From an uncultured Mycoplasmatota bacterium (GTDB taxonomy: Bacteria; Bacillota_I; Bacilli_A; RF39; UBA660), in the NCBI GenBank assembly GCA_946498975.1, contig CAMMQC010000004.1:1950-65949 (forward strand): a stretch of DNA of 64,000 nucleotides, read 5' to 3'. The notes below the pieces were generated by a model, which saw only the letters and a list, made by a program, of their open reading frames with translations, ran no database searches and was not told the DNA's origin. Position numbers and translations under genes: made by a program. This document shows positions 1 to 8,709 of this stretch, piece after piece. Every line of letters begins with the position of its first letter. The first letter of the stretch is position 1.

Positions 1-37
1 ACAGTTACCAGCAAATAAATTATACTTTATATAGGTT

Positions 38-1348
38 GTGATAAGAATGGAATTAAGAGTTTTAGAGAAAAATGAATATGAAAATTTTGTAAAGACTAAT
101 CCTTATAAGAGTCATTTTTTACAGTCTTATGATTGGGGACAGCTTTCTAAGAAAGAAAGAGGCCTTACTCCTTATTATTTAGGACTTGATGATGATGGAA
201 CAATAGTAGGAGCGACTCTTTTACTTAAGAAAAGTCTTCCTTTAGGATTATGCTATTTATATGCACCAAGAGGGTATTTAATTAACTTTAGTGACAAAAA
301 GATACTAGATAAGTTTACAGAAGAGATTGTTAAGTTTGCTAAGAGGAAGAAGGCAATTTACGTAAAGATTGATCCTGATATTATCTGGAAGAAGGAAGAC
401 TATAAAGGTGAAGTTACAGAAGTAGAATCTAGAGATAAAAATATTTATAATGAGTTACTTAGACTAGGTTATAAGCATATGGGATTTACTAAAAATTTTG
501 AAAGTGCACAACCTAGGTATACTTTTAGAATTGATTTAAATCAATCTATGGAAGAAATTGAGAGTCACTTTTCTAAGACAACGAAACAAAGGATTGCCAA
601 GTCATTAAAACTTAAGACTAAAGTTGAAATAGGAACAGAAAAAGATATACCAACTTTTTATCATTTAATGATGTTAACGGAGTCTAGAAAAGATTTTGTT
701 TCTTATGGGATTGATTATTATAAGACTCTATATAAATTATTTAATGAAGATAATAAGGCAACTTTATTTTTAGGTAAAGTTAATATTAAAGATAGTTTGG
801 AAGTATTAAGTAGTGATTTAGAGGAAGTTAATAAAAAGATAGATGAGCTTCCTAAGGAGAATATGTCTAAGAGTGCTAAGAATAAGCTTAAGGAACTTTC
901 TAGACAAAAAGAAAATTTAGAAAAAGAAGTAGAGAAATATAATAATTATTTAAAAGAATATGGAGAAGAGGTAATTCTTTCTGCTCATATGATTTTAGAA
1001 TATGGTGATAAGGCTTGGGTACTTTATGCAGGAAATCATAATATTCTAACTGAAACTTATGTTAATTATCATACTTATTATGAACATTTAAAGTTTTGTA
1101 AAGATAGAGGATTAAAGATATATGATCAGTTTGGTACTATTGGGGATTTATCTAAAGATAATCCTAGACTTGGTCTACACGAGTTTAAGAGAAAATTCGG
1201 AGGGGACTATGTTGAGTTTATGGGAGAGTTTGATTATGTAGTTAAACCTCTTTACTACTTTGCTTTTACTAAGGTAGTACCAATTTATCGAAATATGATT
1301 AAGAAAAGAAAGAAGAAGGAACTTAAAGATGAAATTGAAAGAGATTAG
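38..1348 (+). CDS. FemAB-family aminoacyl-tRNA-dependent peptidoglycan interpeptide-bridge transferase (paralog 1 of 4)
   Basis: 436-aa ORF. It has the N-terminal 'FLQSYDWGQ' and 'YAPRGY' motifs, a central K/E-rich coiled-coil insert and a C-terminal 'FKRKFGG', which is the FemX/FemA/MurM family layout. The start could be GTG at 38 or ATG at 47. Confidence 0.85.
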   Translation: MIRMELRVLEKNEYENFVKTNPYKSHFLQSYDWGQLSKKERGLTPYYLGLDDDGTIVGATLLLKKSLPLGLCYLYAPRGYLINFSDKKILDKFTEEIVKFAKRKKAIYVKIDPDIIWKKEDYKGEVTEVESRDKNIYNELLRLGYKHMGFTKNFESAQPRYTFRIDLNQSMEEIESHFSKTTKQRIAKSLKLKTKVEIGTEKDIPTFYHLMMLTESRKDFVSYGIDYYKTLYKLFNEDNKATLFLGKVNIKDSLEVLSSDLEEVNKKIDELPKENMSKSAKNKLKELSRQKENLEKEVEKYNNYLKEYGEEVILSAHMILEYGDKAWVLYAGNHNILTETYVNYHTYYEHLKFCKDRGLKIYDQFGTIGDLSKDNPRLGLHEFKRKFGGDYVEFMGEFDYVVKPLYYFAFTKVVPIYRNMIKKRKKKELKDEIERD

Positions 1349-2618
1349 TTTTGAAGAGTTAGAGAACTTTGCTTTAACTACTGATGAAGTGACTTTTCAT
1401 CAGACTAAAGGTTGGGCTAAATTAAAGGAACATAATGGTTGGAAGCATTATGTTGTAGGTTTATATGATGAAGAGGAGATAAAGGCGGCGGCTTTACTTC
1501 TTGCAAAGCGTGTACCTATTGTTAAGAAGTATATGTTTTATTCACCTAGAGGTTTTTTGATAGATTATCATGACTATAATTTATTAAAAGTGTTCACAGA
1601 AGAAGTTAAGAAGTTTGTTAAAAGTAAGGAAGGTATATTTGTTAAGATAGATCCTTATGTTATGTATAAGCAAAGAGATTTAAATGGGGATTTAGTTAAA
1701 GATGGTATAGATAATAGTGATACTGTTGATAATTTAAAGAAGCTTAGTTATAAACATTTTGGTTTTAACTTAATGCAAGATGCCTTACAACCTAGATGGA
1801 TGCATACTATTACTGTTAAAGATAGAACTGTCGATGATGTTATGAAGGATATGGATTCTAAGACAAGACAGATTTTAAGAAAGAATGAAAGACTTGGTGT
1901 AAAGGTAAGAGAGATTACAAGGGATGAATTACCTATATTTAAAGATATTATGCAACATACTGGAGAACGTCGTGAATTTATTGATAGACCTTTATCATAT
2001 TATGAAAATATGTGGGATAGTTTGCATGATGATGGTATTTTGAAAATATTAATTGCAGAGATAGATTTTGATGAAGAGATAGAAAATACGAAAAAAGAAA
2101 TAGAAGCTTTAGAAAAGTCTATTAAAGCAAGGAAGAAACAGTATGAAGATAAAAGTAAACCTATGAATGAGAAGAAGTATCATAGTAAACAAGAATTTGA
2201 AAAAAATGAGATTAAGAGATTACAAAAAAATATTGAAAAAACTAAAGATATGAAAGAAAAGTATGGAGATAAGCCTATACTTGGAGGAATTCTATTCTTA
2301 ATCTATGGTAAAGAAGTATTATCACTATATGGTGGTTCTAAAGCAGAACTTATGAGTTTTCAATCTGCTTATACTCTTCATTTTGCAGGTGTTAAGTATG
2401 CGATAGATAATGGGTATGATACATATAACTTCTATGGTATTACAGGAGACTTTAGTGAGAATAATCCTTTACTTGGACTATATCTATTTAAGAAAAGTTT
2501 TGGAGGTCAAGTAGTAGAACTAATTGGGGAATTTGATCTTATTATTAGTCCTTTCTGGTATCATGCTTATAAGATTAGTTATGCTCTTTATCATAAACTT
2601 AAGAATATTAAAAGATGA
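1329..2618 (+). CDS. FemAB-family peptidoglycan bridge-formation transferase (paralog 2)
   Basis: 429-aa ORF with 'FHQTKGWAKLK', 'YSPRGFLIDY', a coiled-coil insert and 'FKKSFGG'. It overlaps paralog 1 by 20 nt. A GAAGGAA RBS precedes the ATG. The stop is TGA. Confidence 0.85.
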   Translation: MKLKEISFEELENFALTTDEVTFHQTKGWAKLKEHNGWKHYVVGLYDEEEIKAAALLLAKRVPIVKKYMFYSPRGFLIDYHDYNLLKVFTEEVKKFVKSKEGIFVKIDPYVMYKQRDLNGDLVKDGIDNSDTVDNLKKLSYKHFGFNLMQDALQPRWMHTITVKDRTVDDVMKDMDSKTRQILRKNERLGVKVREITRDELPIFKDIMQHTGERREFIDRPLSYYENMWDSLHDDGILKILIAEIDFDEEIENTKKEIEALEKSIKARKKQYEDKSKPMNEKKYHSKQEFEKNEIKRLQKNIEKTKDMKEKYGDKPILGGILFLIYGKEVLSLYGGSKAELMSFQSAYTLHFAGVKYAIDNGYDTYNFYGITGDFSENNPLLGLYLFKKSFGGQVVELIGEFDLIISPFWYHAYKISYALYHKLKNIKR

Positions 2619-2620
2619 TA

Positions 2621-2652
2621 AAAAGTTATTCCGGTTTAATGGAATAACTTTT
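2621..2652. terminator. Bidirectional intrinsic terminator between convergent genes
   Basis: A perfect 12-bp stem, AAAAGTTATTCC / GGAATAACTTTT, with an 8-nt loop. A/T runs sit on both sides. It lies between the stop of the plus-strand fem gene and the stop of the minus-strand EEP gene. Confidence 0.75.
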
Positions 2653-3357
2653 TTACATTTCGAATGTTAGTAGTATTGGCAAGTGATCACTGTATTCAGT
2701 ATCTACTACTTTTGTTTCTTTAACTTTAATATCTTTACTAGTAAATATATAGTCTAACTTCCAATTTAACTCTGTTTCTGTGAAGCCATTATATGAAAAA
2801 GGTTTTGTAGTCCAAGTATTAGAGGTATCATTATTTATTAGGGTTTCTTCTAACCGTTTTATATATTTAGAAGTTTTATGAGTATTAAAATCACCTGTTA
2901 AGATATATTTATCTTTTTTTATACAATTAATAAGATTAGTCACTTCTTTATCTTTTTCTTCAGTTTCTATGAATCTATCTGTATAAGATAAATGAGTAGC
3001 ACCTATGGTTAATTCTTCATCATTTATCTTTACTTTAGCTTCTACATATACTCTTCCTTCTTTAGAGTAGTCATTCTTATTATCAGTAGGCTTTTGAACA
3101 TAAGTATAACTTTTGTCATATAAAGGATACTTTGATAGAATAGCATTACACTGGCTATAACCATCTAAAAATGTATCTGCTTTCTCATAATGGATGTAAG
3201 AGTATAATTCTTTTAGTTTTCTTATTTTTATATCATTATCATCTTTAATTGCTAATTCTTGAATACACACAATGTCTGCATCTATTCTTTTTAGTTCTTT
3301 AATGATATTATCTATATCTTCATTATTCCAAATGTTCCATTGTAATAATTTTATCAT
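2653..3357 (-). CDS. Endonuclease/exonuclease/phosphatase (EEP) family protein
   Basis: 234 aa. The N-terminal 'LLQWNIWN', 'DIVCIQE' and C-terminal 'DYIF...SDHLPILLTF' are the canonical EEP catalytic motifs. An AGGAGG RBS overlaps the stop codon of the upstream HD gene. Confidence 0.75.
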   Translation of the reverse strand: MIKLLQWNIWNNEDIDNIIKELKRIDADIVCIQELAIKDDNDIKIRKLKELYSYIHYEKADTFLDGYSQCNAILSKYPLYDKSYTYVQKPTDNKNDYSKEGRVYVEAKVKINDEELTIGATHLSYTDRFIETEEKDKEVTNLINCIKKDKYILTGDFNTHKTSKYIKRLEETLINNDTSNTWTTKPFSYNGFTETELNWKLDYIFTSKDIKVKETKVVDTEYSDHLPILLTFEM

Positions 3358-3365
3358 AAGTCCTC

Positions 3366-4037
3366 CTAATTATTTATAAAACTTGATATATCTATATTAT
3401 TTTCATTAATTTTAAATATAAATTTTCTATTTAAGTATTTAGATGCTTTATAGGGAATAGTTATTGCTTTAGGCCATTCTTTAAAGATATTTAAATTGAA
3501 GTCGTCATCAGTTGTATAATTAATCATTAAATCTTCATTTGTAATTTTAATAGTAACTTTTTTAATTTTTTGTATTTCTTTATTCATAGTATCCTGAATA
3601 GTTGAATTCTCTGTTCTGTGATAAGTTACATCTAACTTATCTGCCAAAACAAGAGCTAGTCCTATTATAGATTTAATATTATTTCCTTTAGAATGATCAC
3701 TGATAGCTTGCTTTAAAGTTTCTTCTTCCTCTTTTGAAATATCATCTTTATCAAGATAGTTCATAAATATTTTACTGCTTTCAATGGCGTGGTCTATTTT
3801 ATCTCCTTTTACTAAACCAATATCATGCAAAAGGGCAGCTACCATACCTAATTCAATAGTTCTTTCATCAACCTTTAATTGAGATAATATTTCTTTTGTA
3901 AATTGAGCTACCCTTTTATAATGTCCTAAACCGTGTTCCCAATCCCATTTGCCGTCAGTTATAAATCTTATATTTTCAATTTTTTTTACTGTTTCTCTAT
4001 AATTATTATTATGTAATAATTTCTCATATAATTTCAT
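3366..4037 (-). CDS. HD-domain metal-dependent phosphohydrolase
   Basis: 'HGLGHYKRVA ... ALLHDIGL' gives the H...HD motif. The ORF track starts at 4043, but the RBS AAAGGTGGGA is spaced correctly for the ATG at 4037 (MKLYEKLL). Confidence 0.7.
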   Translation of the reverse strand: MKLYEKLLHNNNYRETVKKIENIRFITDGKWDWEHGLGHYKRVAQFTKEILSQLKVDERTIELGMVAALLHDIGLVKGDKIDHAIESSKIFMNYLDKDDISKEEEETLKQAISDHSKGNNIKSIIGLALVLADKLDVTYHRTENSTIQDTMNKEIQKIKKVTIKITNEDLMINYTTDDDFNLNIFKEWPKAITIPYKASKYLNRKFIFKINENNIDISSFINN

Positions 4038-4063
4038 ATACATCCCACCTTTATTAATTCTAA

Positions 4064-5290
4064 CTAATGTCTTATTTTATGGATTAATTTTATTAAATAA
4101 TAAACTGGAGATGTCTTTATTTCAAATTCACCTATTAACTCTTCTATATAGCCATTAAAACCTGTTTTAAACTCATAGATACCATAGTCTTTATCATTTT
4201 TATCATCAAAGGTATTAGGTATCCCATAGAAGTTATATCTATCATAGCCATTATTAATAGCATATTTAATCATTTCCCACTGGATTAAGTACTGTGAATT
4301 ATAAGATAAGAATTCTTCATAATTACCACTAGATAGATATACTACTTCCGGTTTAGTCATTATGAACATAGAACCTGATAGAGTGATAACATCTCCATAT
4401 TTTTCTTTTTCTTCCTTCGCTAATTCTATCTTCTTATTCAAACCATTAATAGTCTCATCTAAAGCTTTTCTTTTACCATCATTATTTTTATTATCACTAA
4501 GCTTATTCTTCTTATCAATATTACTTTCTAATTCATTTTCTAGCATTTTAATATATTTAGATAAATCTAGTTTAGTTACTAAATATTTTATTTCATTTTT
4601 CTTACTAAACAAGTCATACATGTTTTGGTAATAGTTAATATTTCTAATATCAAATCCTTTTCTTGAACCAGTACTTTGCATTATTTTATAAAATTCATCT
4701 AAATTATCTTTTGTTAGTTCTACTATCTCTATTCCATTTTTTATATTTTTTCTAATTAGATTTCTAGTGTTAGATTTCATATTTTTCATTATTTCATCTT
4801 CTGTTTTATCTTTAGTATCTAGAGCATACATAAAGGTTACTTGTTCTCTATCATCATAAGTCACACTAGTAAATCCTGTATTTAAAATAGTGTTTACAAT
4901 GTTTGTGTTATCATAACCATCTTTAATTATTTCTCCTTTACCGTTACGTTCTTTGTAAGGTACATAAGGGTCTATTCTTAGAACATAGCCTTGATGTTTT
5001 TTGACGAAATTTGTTAGTAGTTTTAAAAATTTTGTTAGAGTTTTCTCATCAGAATAATCCACTAAAGGTCCACGTGGGGCATAAAATTCATACTTATTAA
5101 AGTGTCTTTTCTTACCTACTAGAAGAGTCGCTCCAACTAGTTTATCATTATTATATAGTCCTAAGTAGTAGGCTGTCCAACCATTTAACTTCCTTAATTT
5201 TCCTACTTCTTCTGTTTGCATAAAAGTCCTATAGGGGCTTTTTTTAGTATAATCTTCAAACATCTTAACATCTATTTCTTTTAATGTCAT
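4064..5290 (-). CDS. FemAB-family peptidoglycan bridge-formation transferase (paralog 3)
   Basis: 408 aa with 'FMQTEEVGKLR', 'YAPRGPLVDY', a coiled-coil insert and 'FKTGFNG'. It starts 2 nt downstream of the flippase stop, so the two genes are in one operon. Confidence 0.85.
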   Translation of the reverse strand: MTLKEIDVKMFEDYTKKSPYRTFMQTEEVGKLRKLNGWTAYYLGLYNNDKLVGATLLVGKKRHFNKYEFYAPRGPLVDYSDEKTLTKFLKLLTNFVKKHQGYVLRIDPYVPYKERNGKGEIIKDGYDNTNIVNTILNTGFTSVTYDDREQVTFMYALDTKDKTEDEIMKNMKSNTRNLIRKNIKNGIEIVELTKDNLDEFYKIMQSTGSRKGFDIRNINYYQNMYDLFSKKNEIKYLVTKLDLSKYIKMLENELESNIDKKNKLSDNKNNDGKRKALDETINGLNKKIELAKEEKEKYGDVITLSGSMFIMTKPEVVYLSSGNYEEFLSYNSQYLIQWEMIKYAINNGYDRYNFYGIPNTFDDKNDKDYGIYEFKTGFNGYIEELIGEFEIKTSPVYYLIKLIHKIRH

Positions 5291-5291
5291 T

Positions 5292-6962
5292 TTATTTCCT
5301 CCTAAACTTACTAGTTATCTTATTTATTAGTTTACTCCCAAATACTTCTTCTATTAAATTAAATTTATGTGAAACAAAGAAATATACTAATACACCAACA
5401 AGAGCATAGATAACAATTATTGGAATGTTTAGTAATCTTACTGATGATGTGATTGGTATTACTAGTTTTACAAGTGATAATACAATAAGCATAGCAACAT
5501 CTGCTAGAAGTATTTTACCTAATAGTTTAACTGTTGGCATATAACTTACACCGCATTTTCTTCTTAGGAAGATTAAACATAGAATAATTCCTACGGCATA
5601 ACCTAGTATAGTTGCAGTTATTGAACCGTATACTGGGACAAAACCTAAGTTATGGAAAAAATTTATTAGAGGAACATTTAATACTAATTTTATTAATACT
5701 CCTACTACTAGAGAAATTAAAACTTCTTTATAGTATTTTAAGACTTGTACTATTGATACTAAAGCTGTATAAGTTGATATTGTTAAAGCGACAAAGACAA
5801 AGTATTTAATTATAACGGCTCCATATGCACTATTATTACCATAGAATACTTCCCAGACAGGTTCACTTAAGAAAGATAGTCCTAAAGTCATAGGAACTGA
5901 TATGAATAGTAATACTTGTAGAGTTTGATTTATCTTATGATGAATATCTTTTTTGTCTTTTTTAACAGATGCTGAAGTTAAATTTGGTATTAAACTTACA
6001 ATGATACCTGTTGAGATAGAAACAATTATCATATTGATTTTATTTCCCCAAGTAGATATTACACTCATAATATTTTCAGCTTGAGTGGTAGTATAGCCAA
6101 TATCATTTACCATGGTCTTAACAATAGTTGTCATATCAATAAAGTCATAACAAGATTTAAAGACATCTATCATAATGAAAGGTAAGGCATACCAGAATAT
6201 TTTTATTAATATTTCTTTAGTTTTAATTACTGGTTCATCTACATCAAGAGCTTTTTCATGTAGTTGTTTTTTGTTTTTTCTTACTTTATCTAATAAATAG
6301 AAATAAGCGAATATCGCTCCTGTTGTTGCACCAAATACGGCAACTCCTACTCCTGTTTGTAAAGATAAGTTAAAGACATTAATAGCGAAGAAACTACCTG
6401 CTACTATAATAATTACTCTTACTAATTGCTCTAATACTTGACTAATAGCTGGAGGGGTTATAAATTTATGTCCTTCTAAATAACCTCTATAAATACTAAG
6501 TGTTGGTACAATAAGTATAGCAGTGGCAATTACTCTTACTACCATTGTTACATCTTCTAGTGTATTACCACCTTCTAAGTCTCCAAGAATCGCTTTGGCA
6601 ATATCAGGAGCGAAGATAAAGAGAATTATAAAGATTGTAATTCCCATAATAATGGCAAGTCGTCTACCTAGTTTAAAAGCTTTCTCTTTAGCATTATAAT
6701 AACCTAAGGTCTGATATTCACTAATTATTTTACTAATGGCATTAGGAATACCTGCACAGGATAAAGATTGAAATAAGTTATAGATTGTATAGGCGTAACC
6801 ATATAAGGCTCCTCCCTGTCCTCCAATAATTGCATAAAATGGTATTACATAAAGCATACCTAGTATTTTACTACCTACTATACCTAATGTGGCAATAAAG
6901 GCTCCATTTAGAAAGGAATTTTGTTTTAATTCTTTATTTTTCTTTGTCTTTGTTTTTGCCAT
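5292..6962 (-). CDS. MOP-superfamily lipid II / polysaccharide flippase (YtgP/MurJ/SpoVB-like)
   Basis: 556 aa and multi-pass hydrophobic. The N-terminus 'GAFIATLGIVGSKILGMLYVIPFYAIIGGQGGALYGYAYTIYNLF' closely resembles Bacillus YtgP-type MurJ homologs. Confidence 0.75.
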   Translation of the reverse strand: MAKTKTKKNKELKQNSFLNGAFIATLGIVGSKILGMLYVIPFYAIIGGQGGALYGYAYTIYNLFQSLSCAGIPNAISKIISEYQTLGYYNAKEKAFKLGRRLAIIMGITIFIILFIFAPDIAKAILGDLEGGNTLEDVTMVVRVIATAILIVPTLSIYRGYLEGHKFITPPAISQVLEQLVRVIIIVAGSFFAINVFNLSLQTGVGVAVFGATTGAIFAYFYLLDKVRKNKKQLHEKALDVDEPVIKTKEILIKIFWYALPFIMIDVFKSCYDFIDMTTIVKTMVNDIGYTTTQAENIMSVISTWGNKINMIIVSISTGIIVSLIPNLTSASVKKDKKDIHHKINQTLQVLLFISVPMTLGLSFLSEPVWEVFYGNNSAYGAVIIKYFVFVALTISTYTALVSIVQVLKYYKEVLISLVVGVLIKLVLNVPLINFFHNLGFVPVYGSITATILGYAVGIILCLIFLRRKCGVSYMPTVKLLGKILLADVAMLIVLSLVKLVIPITSSVRLLNIPIIVIYALVGVLVYFFVSHKFNLIEEVFGSKLINKITSKFRRK

Positions 6963-7001
6963 GTTACATCCTCCAATTTCTTTAAATATAATACCATATT
7001 A

Positions 7002-7030
7002 TTGAAAAGTTTTAAAGTAACTTGTATAAT
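7002..7030 (+). promoter_or_regulatory. Sigma-A-type promoter for fem paralog 4
   Basis: TTGAAA (7002-7007), a 17-nt spacer, then TATAAT (7025-7030). It is followed by the RBS AGAGGTGA and a GTG at 7053. Confidence 0.6.
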
Positions 7031-7052
7031 TAAAGAAGATAGAGGTGATTTT

Positions 7053-8303
7053 GTGGAACTTAGAGAATTAACAAGAAAAGAGTTTGATAGCTATGCTCTT
7101 AATCACCCCTTAAGTAGTTTTCAACAAACAAGTTCTTGGGGGAGATTTATGGAAGGAGATAAATTCCATGCTTATTATGTAGGGGGATTTATTAAAGAAC
7201 GTTTAGTAGGAGCGAGTTTACTTCTTTCTTATGAGAGAAAAAAAGGTAAGGAGAGATTATTCTATGCTCCTCGTGGATTTTTAATAGATTATAAGAATGA
7301 AGAACTATTAAAAGAGTTCACTGAAGAAGTTAAAAAGTTTATTATAGAAAAACATGGTGTCTTTTTAAAGATAGATCCTTATATTTTAGTAAGAGATAGA
7401 GATAATGAAGGAAATATCATAGAAGGTGGAGTCTATAATGACTTTGTAGAGGTTAATCTTACTAATGCTAACTTTATTAAGGTTAATGATAAAATACAAC
7501 CTAAATGGCTCAGTAGAATTAATTTAAAAGAGAAGACTATAGATGATATCTTTAATAACTTTAGTCCTAAAGCAAGGCAGACGGTTAGAAGAAATGAAAG
7601 ACTAGGATTTAAAGTAAGAGACTTTGATTTTAAGGATATAGATAAATTTATAGATATTATTAATAATGAAAGTAGAAAGTATAATACTATCGTCCCTACT
7701 AAAACTTTCTATCTAGACTTAAAACAGACTTTTGATGGTAATATTAAGTTTATGGAAGTTTATTTTAAGAAAGATGAAGTTACCAGCAATATTGATAAGA
7801 TGATTTCAGAGGTAAGAAAAGAAAAAGAAGTTAGAATAAATAACTATCATAATTCAAAGATGACAGCAGAATACTTTATTGATAAAGAACTTGAAGATGA
7901 AGAAGAGATTAAAAGATTAGAGAGTTTAAAAGAATATTTTTCTAAATGTAGCGATGATGTTAGTATGGGTATTTATATGTTTATAACCATTGGTAATGAA
8001 GTTGTGGCATTAAATGGTGGAATTGTAGATGAGTATAATAAATTAGATGCTTCTTATACACTTCATTATGAGATGATTAGGTATGCAATAGAGAATGGTT
8101 ATAAGTATTATAATTTATATGAAATTGGTGATATTACTGCTTCTAATAATAAATTAAAAAATTCATACAACTATAAAAAGAACTTTGGAGGAGAAGTTAT
8201 TGAATTAGTTGGAGAGTATGATTTAGTAATTAATCCTAAATATACCAATATGGCAAGAAAATATTTCCCAGAGTATTTAGGAGTTAAAACTATATTTAAG
8301 TAA
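7053..8303 (+). CDS. FemAB-family peptidoglycan bridge-formation transferase (paralog 4)
   Basis: It has 'FQQTSSWGRF', 'YAPRGFLIDY', a coiled-coil insert and 'YKKNFGG'. The track ORF starts at TTG 7002, but a consensus promoter lies inside that extension. GTG 7053 sits behind AGAGGTGA and is the better start. Confidence 0.85.
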   Translation: MELRELTRKEFDSYALNHPLSSFQQTSSWGRFMEGDKFHAYYVGGFIKERLVGASLLLSYERKKGKERLFYAPRGFLIDYKNEELLKEFTEEVKKFIIEKHGVFLKIDPYILVRDRDNEGNIIEGGVYNDFVEVNLTNANFIKVNDKIQPKWLSRINLKEKTIDDIFNNFSPKARQTVRRNERLGFKVRDFDFKDIDKFIDIINNESRKYNTIVPTKTFYLDLKQTFDGNIKFMEVYFKKDEVTSNIDKMISEVRKEKEVRINNYHNSKMTAEYFIDKELEDEEEIKRLESLKEYFSKCSDDVSMGIYMFITIGNEVVALNGGIVDEYNKLDASYTLHYEMIRYAIENGYKYYNLYEIGDITASNNKLKNSYNYKKNFGGEVIELVGEYDLVINPKYTNMARKYFPEYLGVKTIFK

Positions 8304-8318
8304 TTCATACCTGATACT

Positions 8319-8347
8319 TTGACATTAATATAAAATTATGATATTAT
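8319..8347 (+). promoter_or_regulatory. Near-consensus extended -10 promoter with no downstream plus-strand CDS
   Basis: TTGACA (8319-8324), a 17-nt spacer ending in TGa, then TATTAT (8342-8347). Confidence 0.55.
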
Positions 8348-8353
8348 GTATTT

Positions 8354-8505
8354 AGCAAAGAGATTTGCAATAAGAATAGATGCTTTCAAAAGTGATTGGT
8401 TTGCATCTAATTCAAGAATTAGATGTCTTATTTATTGTTAAATAAGAGAGATAATAATAGGAGGAAGAAAAATAACTTAGTATGTTATTTTTCTTTTGTC
8501 TTTTT
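8354..8505 (+). ncRNA. Candidate small structured RNA (about 150 nt) between the promoter and an intrinsic terminator
   Basis: Successive hairpins: GCAAA-gaga-TTTGC; TAGATGC-N19-GCATCTA; CTTATTTA-ttgt-TAAATAAG; then the terminator. There is no convincing RBS-led ORF inside. Confidence 0.3.
8465..8505 (+). terminator. Intrinsic terminator
   Basis: A 12-bp stem, AAGAAAAATAAC / GTTATTTTTCTT, with a 7-nt loop, followed by TTGTCTTTTT. Confidence 0.65.
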
Positions 8506-8674
8506 AATAGTAAATTATCATAGCAGAAAAACAATATATCTGCTCTTCTCCACTAGGAAAAGAACTAACGGCATATTTAATATCTACAACTTCTCCATCT
8601 AAATCACCTAAAAACTCATTCATTGCTTTTTGTAAATCACTCTCATCTTCATAGTCGAATATTTTTACTTTCAT
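8504..8674 (-). CDS. Small 56-aa protein, tentatively Cse60-family sporulation protein (absent from the ORF track)
   Basis: My own translation is MKVKIFDYEDESDLQKAMNEFLGDLDGEVVDIKYAVSSFPSGEEQIYCFSAMIIYY. A GAAAGG RBS lies upstream of the ATG at 8674. The pattern (KV.IFD, L...N.FL, D.KY, CFSAM..Y) matches my recollection of Bacillus Cse60/YteV. Confidence 0.5.
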   Translation of the reverse strand: MKVKIFDYEDESDLQKAMNEFLGDLDGEVVDIKYAVSSFPSGEEQIYCFSAMIIYY

Positions 8675-8709
8675 ATAGTCACAGCCTTTCTACTATATTT
8701 TAAAATAGT

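Noticed and set aside
2616-2618. The possibility of a Mollicutes-type genetic code (TGA = Trp), given the extreme AT richness.
   Set aside because: Conserved genes terminate at TGA (for example fem paralog 2 at 2616-2618). Trp positions in conserved proteins are TGG. The presence of Fem, MurJ and Spo0A also indicates a walled Firmicute using code 11.
7002-7052. The TTG-initiated N-terminal extension of fem paralog 4.
   Set aside because: The extension itself contains a TTGAAA-17-TATAAT promoter and the RBS for GTG 7053. The other three paralogs begin at the equivalent position.
8458-8523. An AGGAGG followed by a 13-codon ORF (MLFFFCLFNSKLS).
   Set aside because: The SD-to-ATG spacing is about 17 nt. 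The ORF coincides with the terminator stem and overlaps the 3' end of the cse60-like gene. It is most likely fortuitous.
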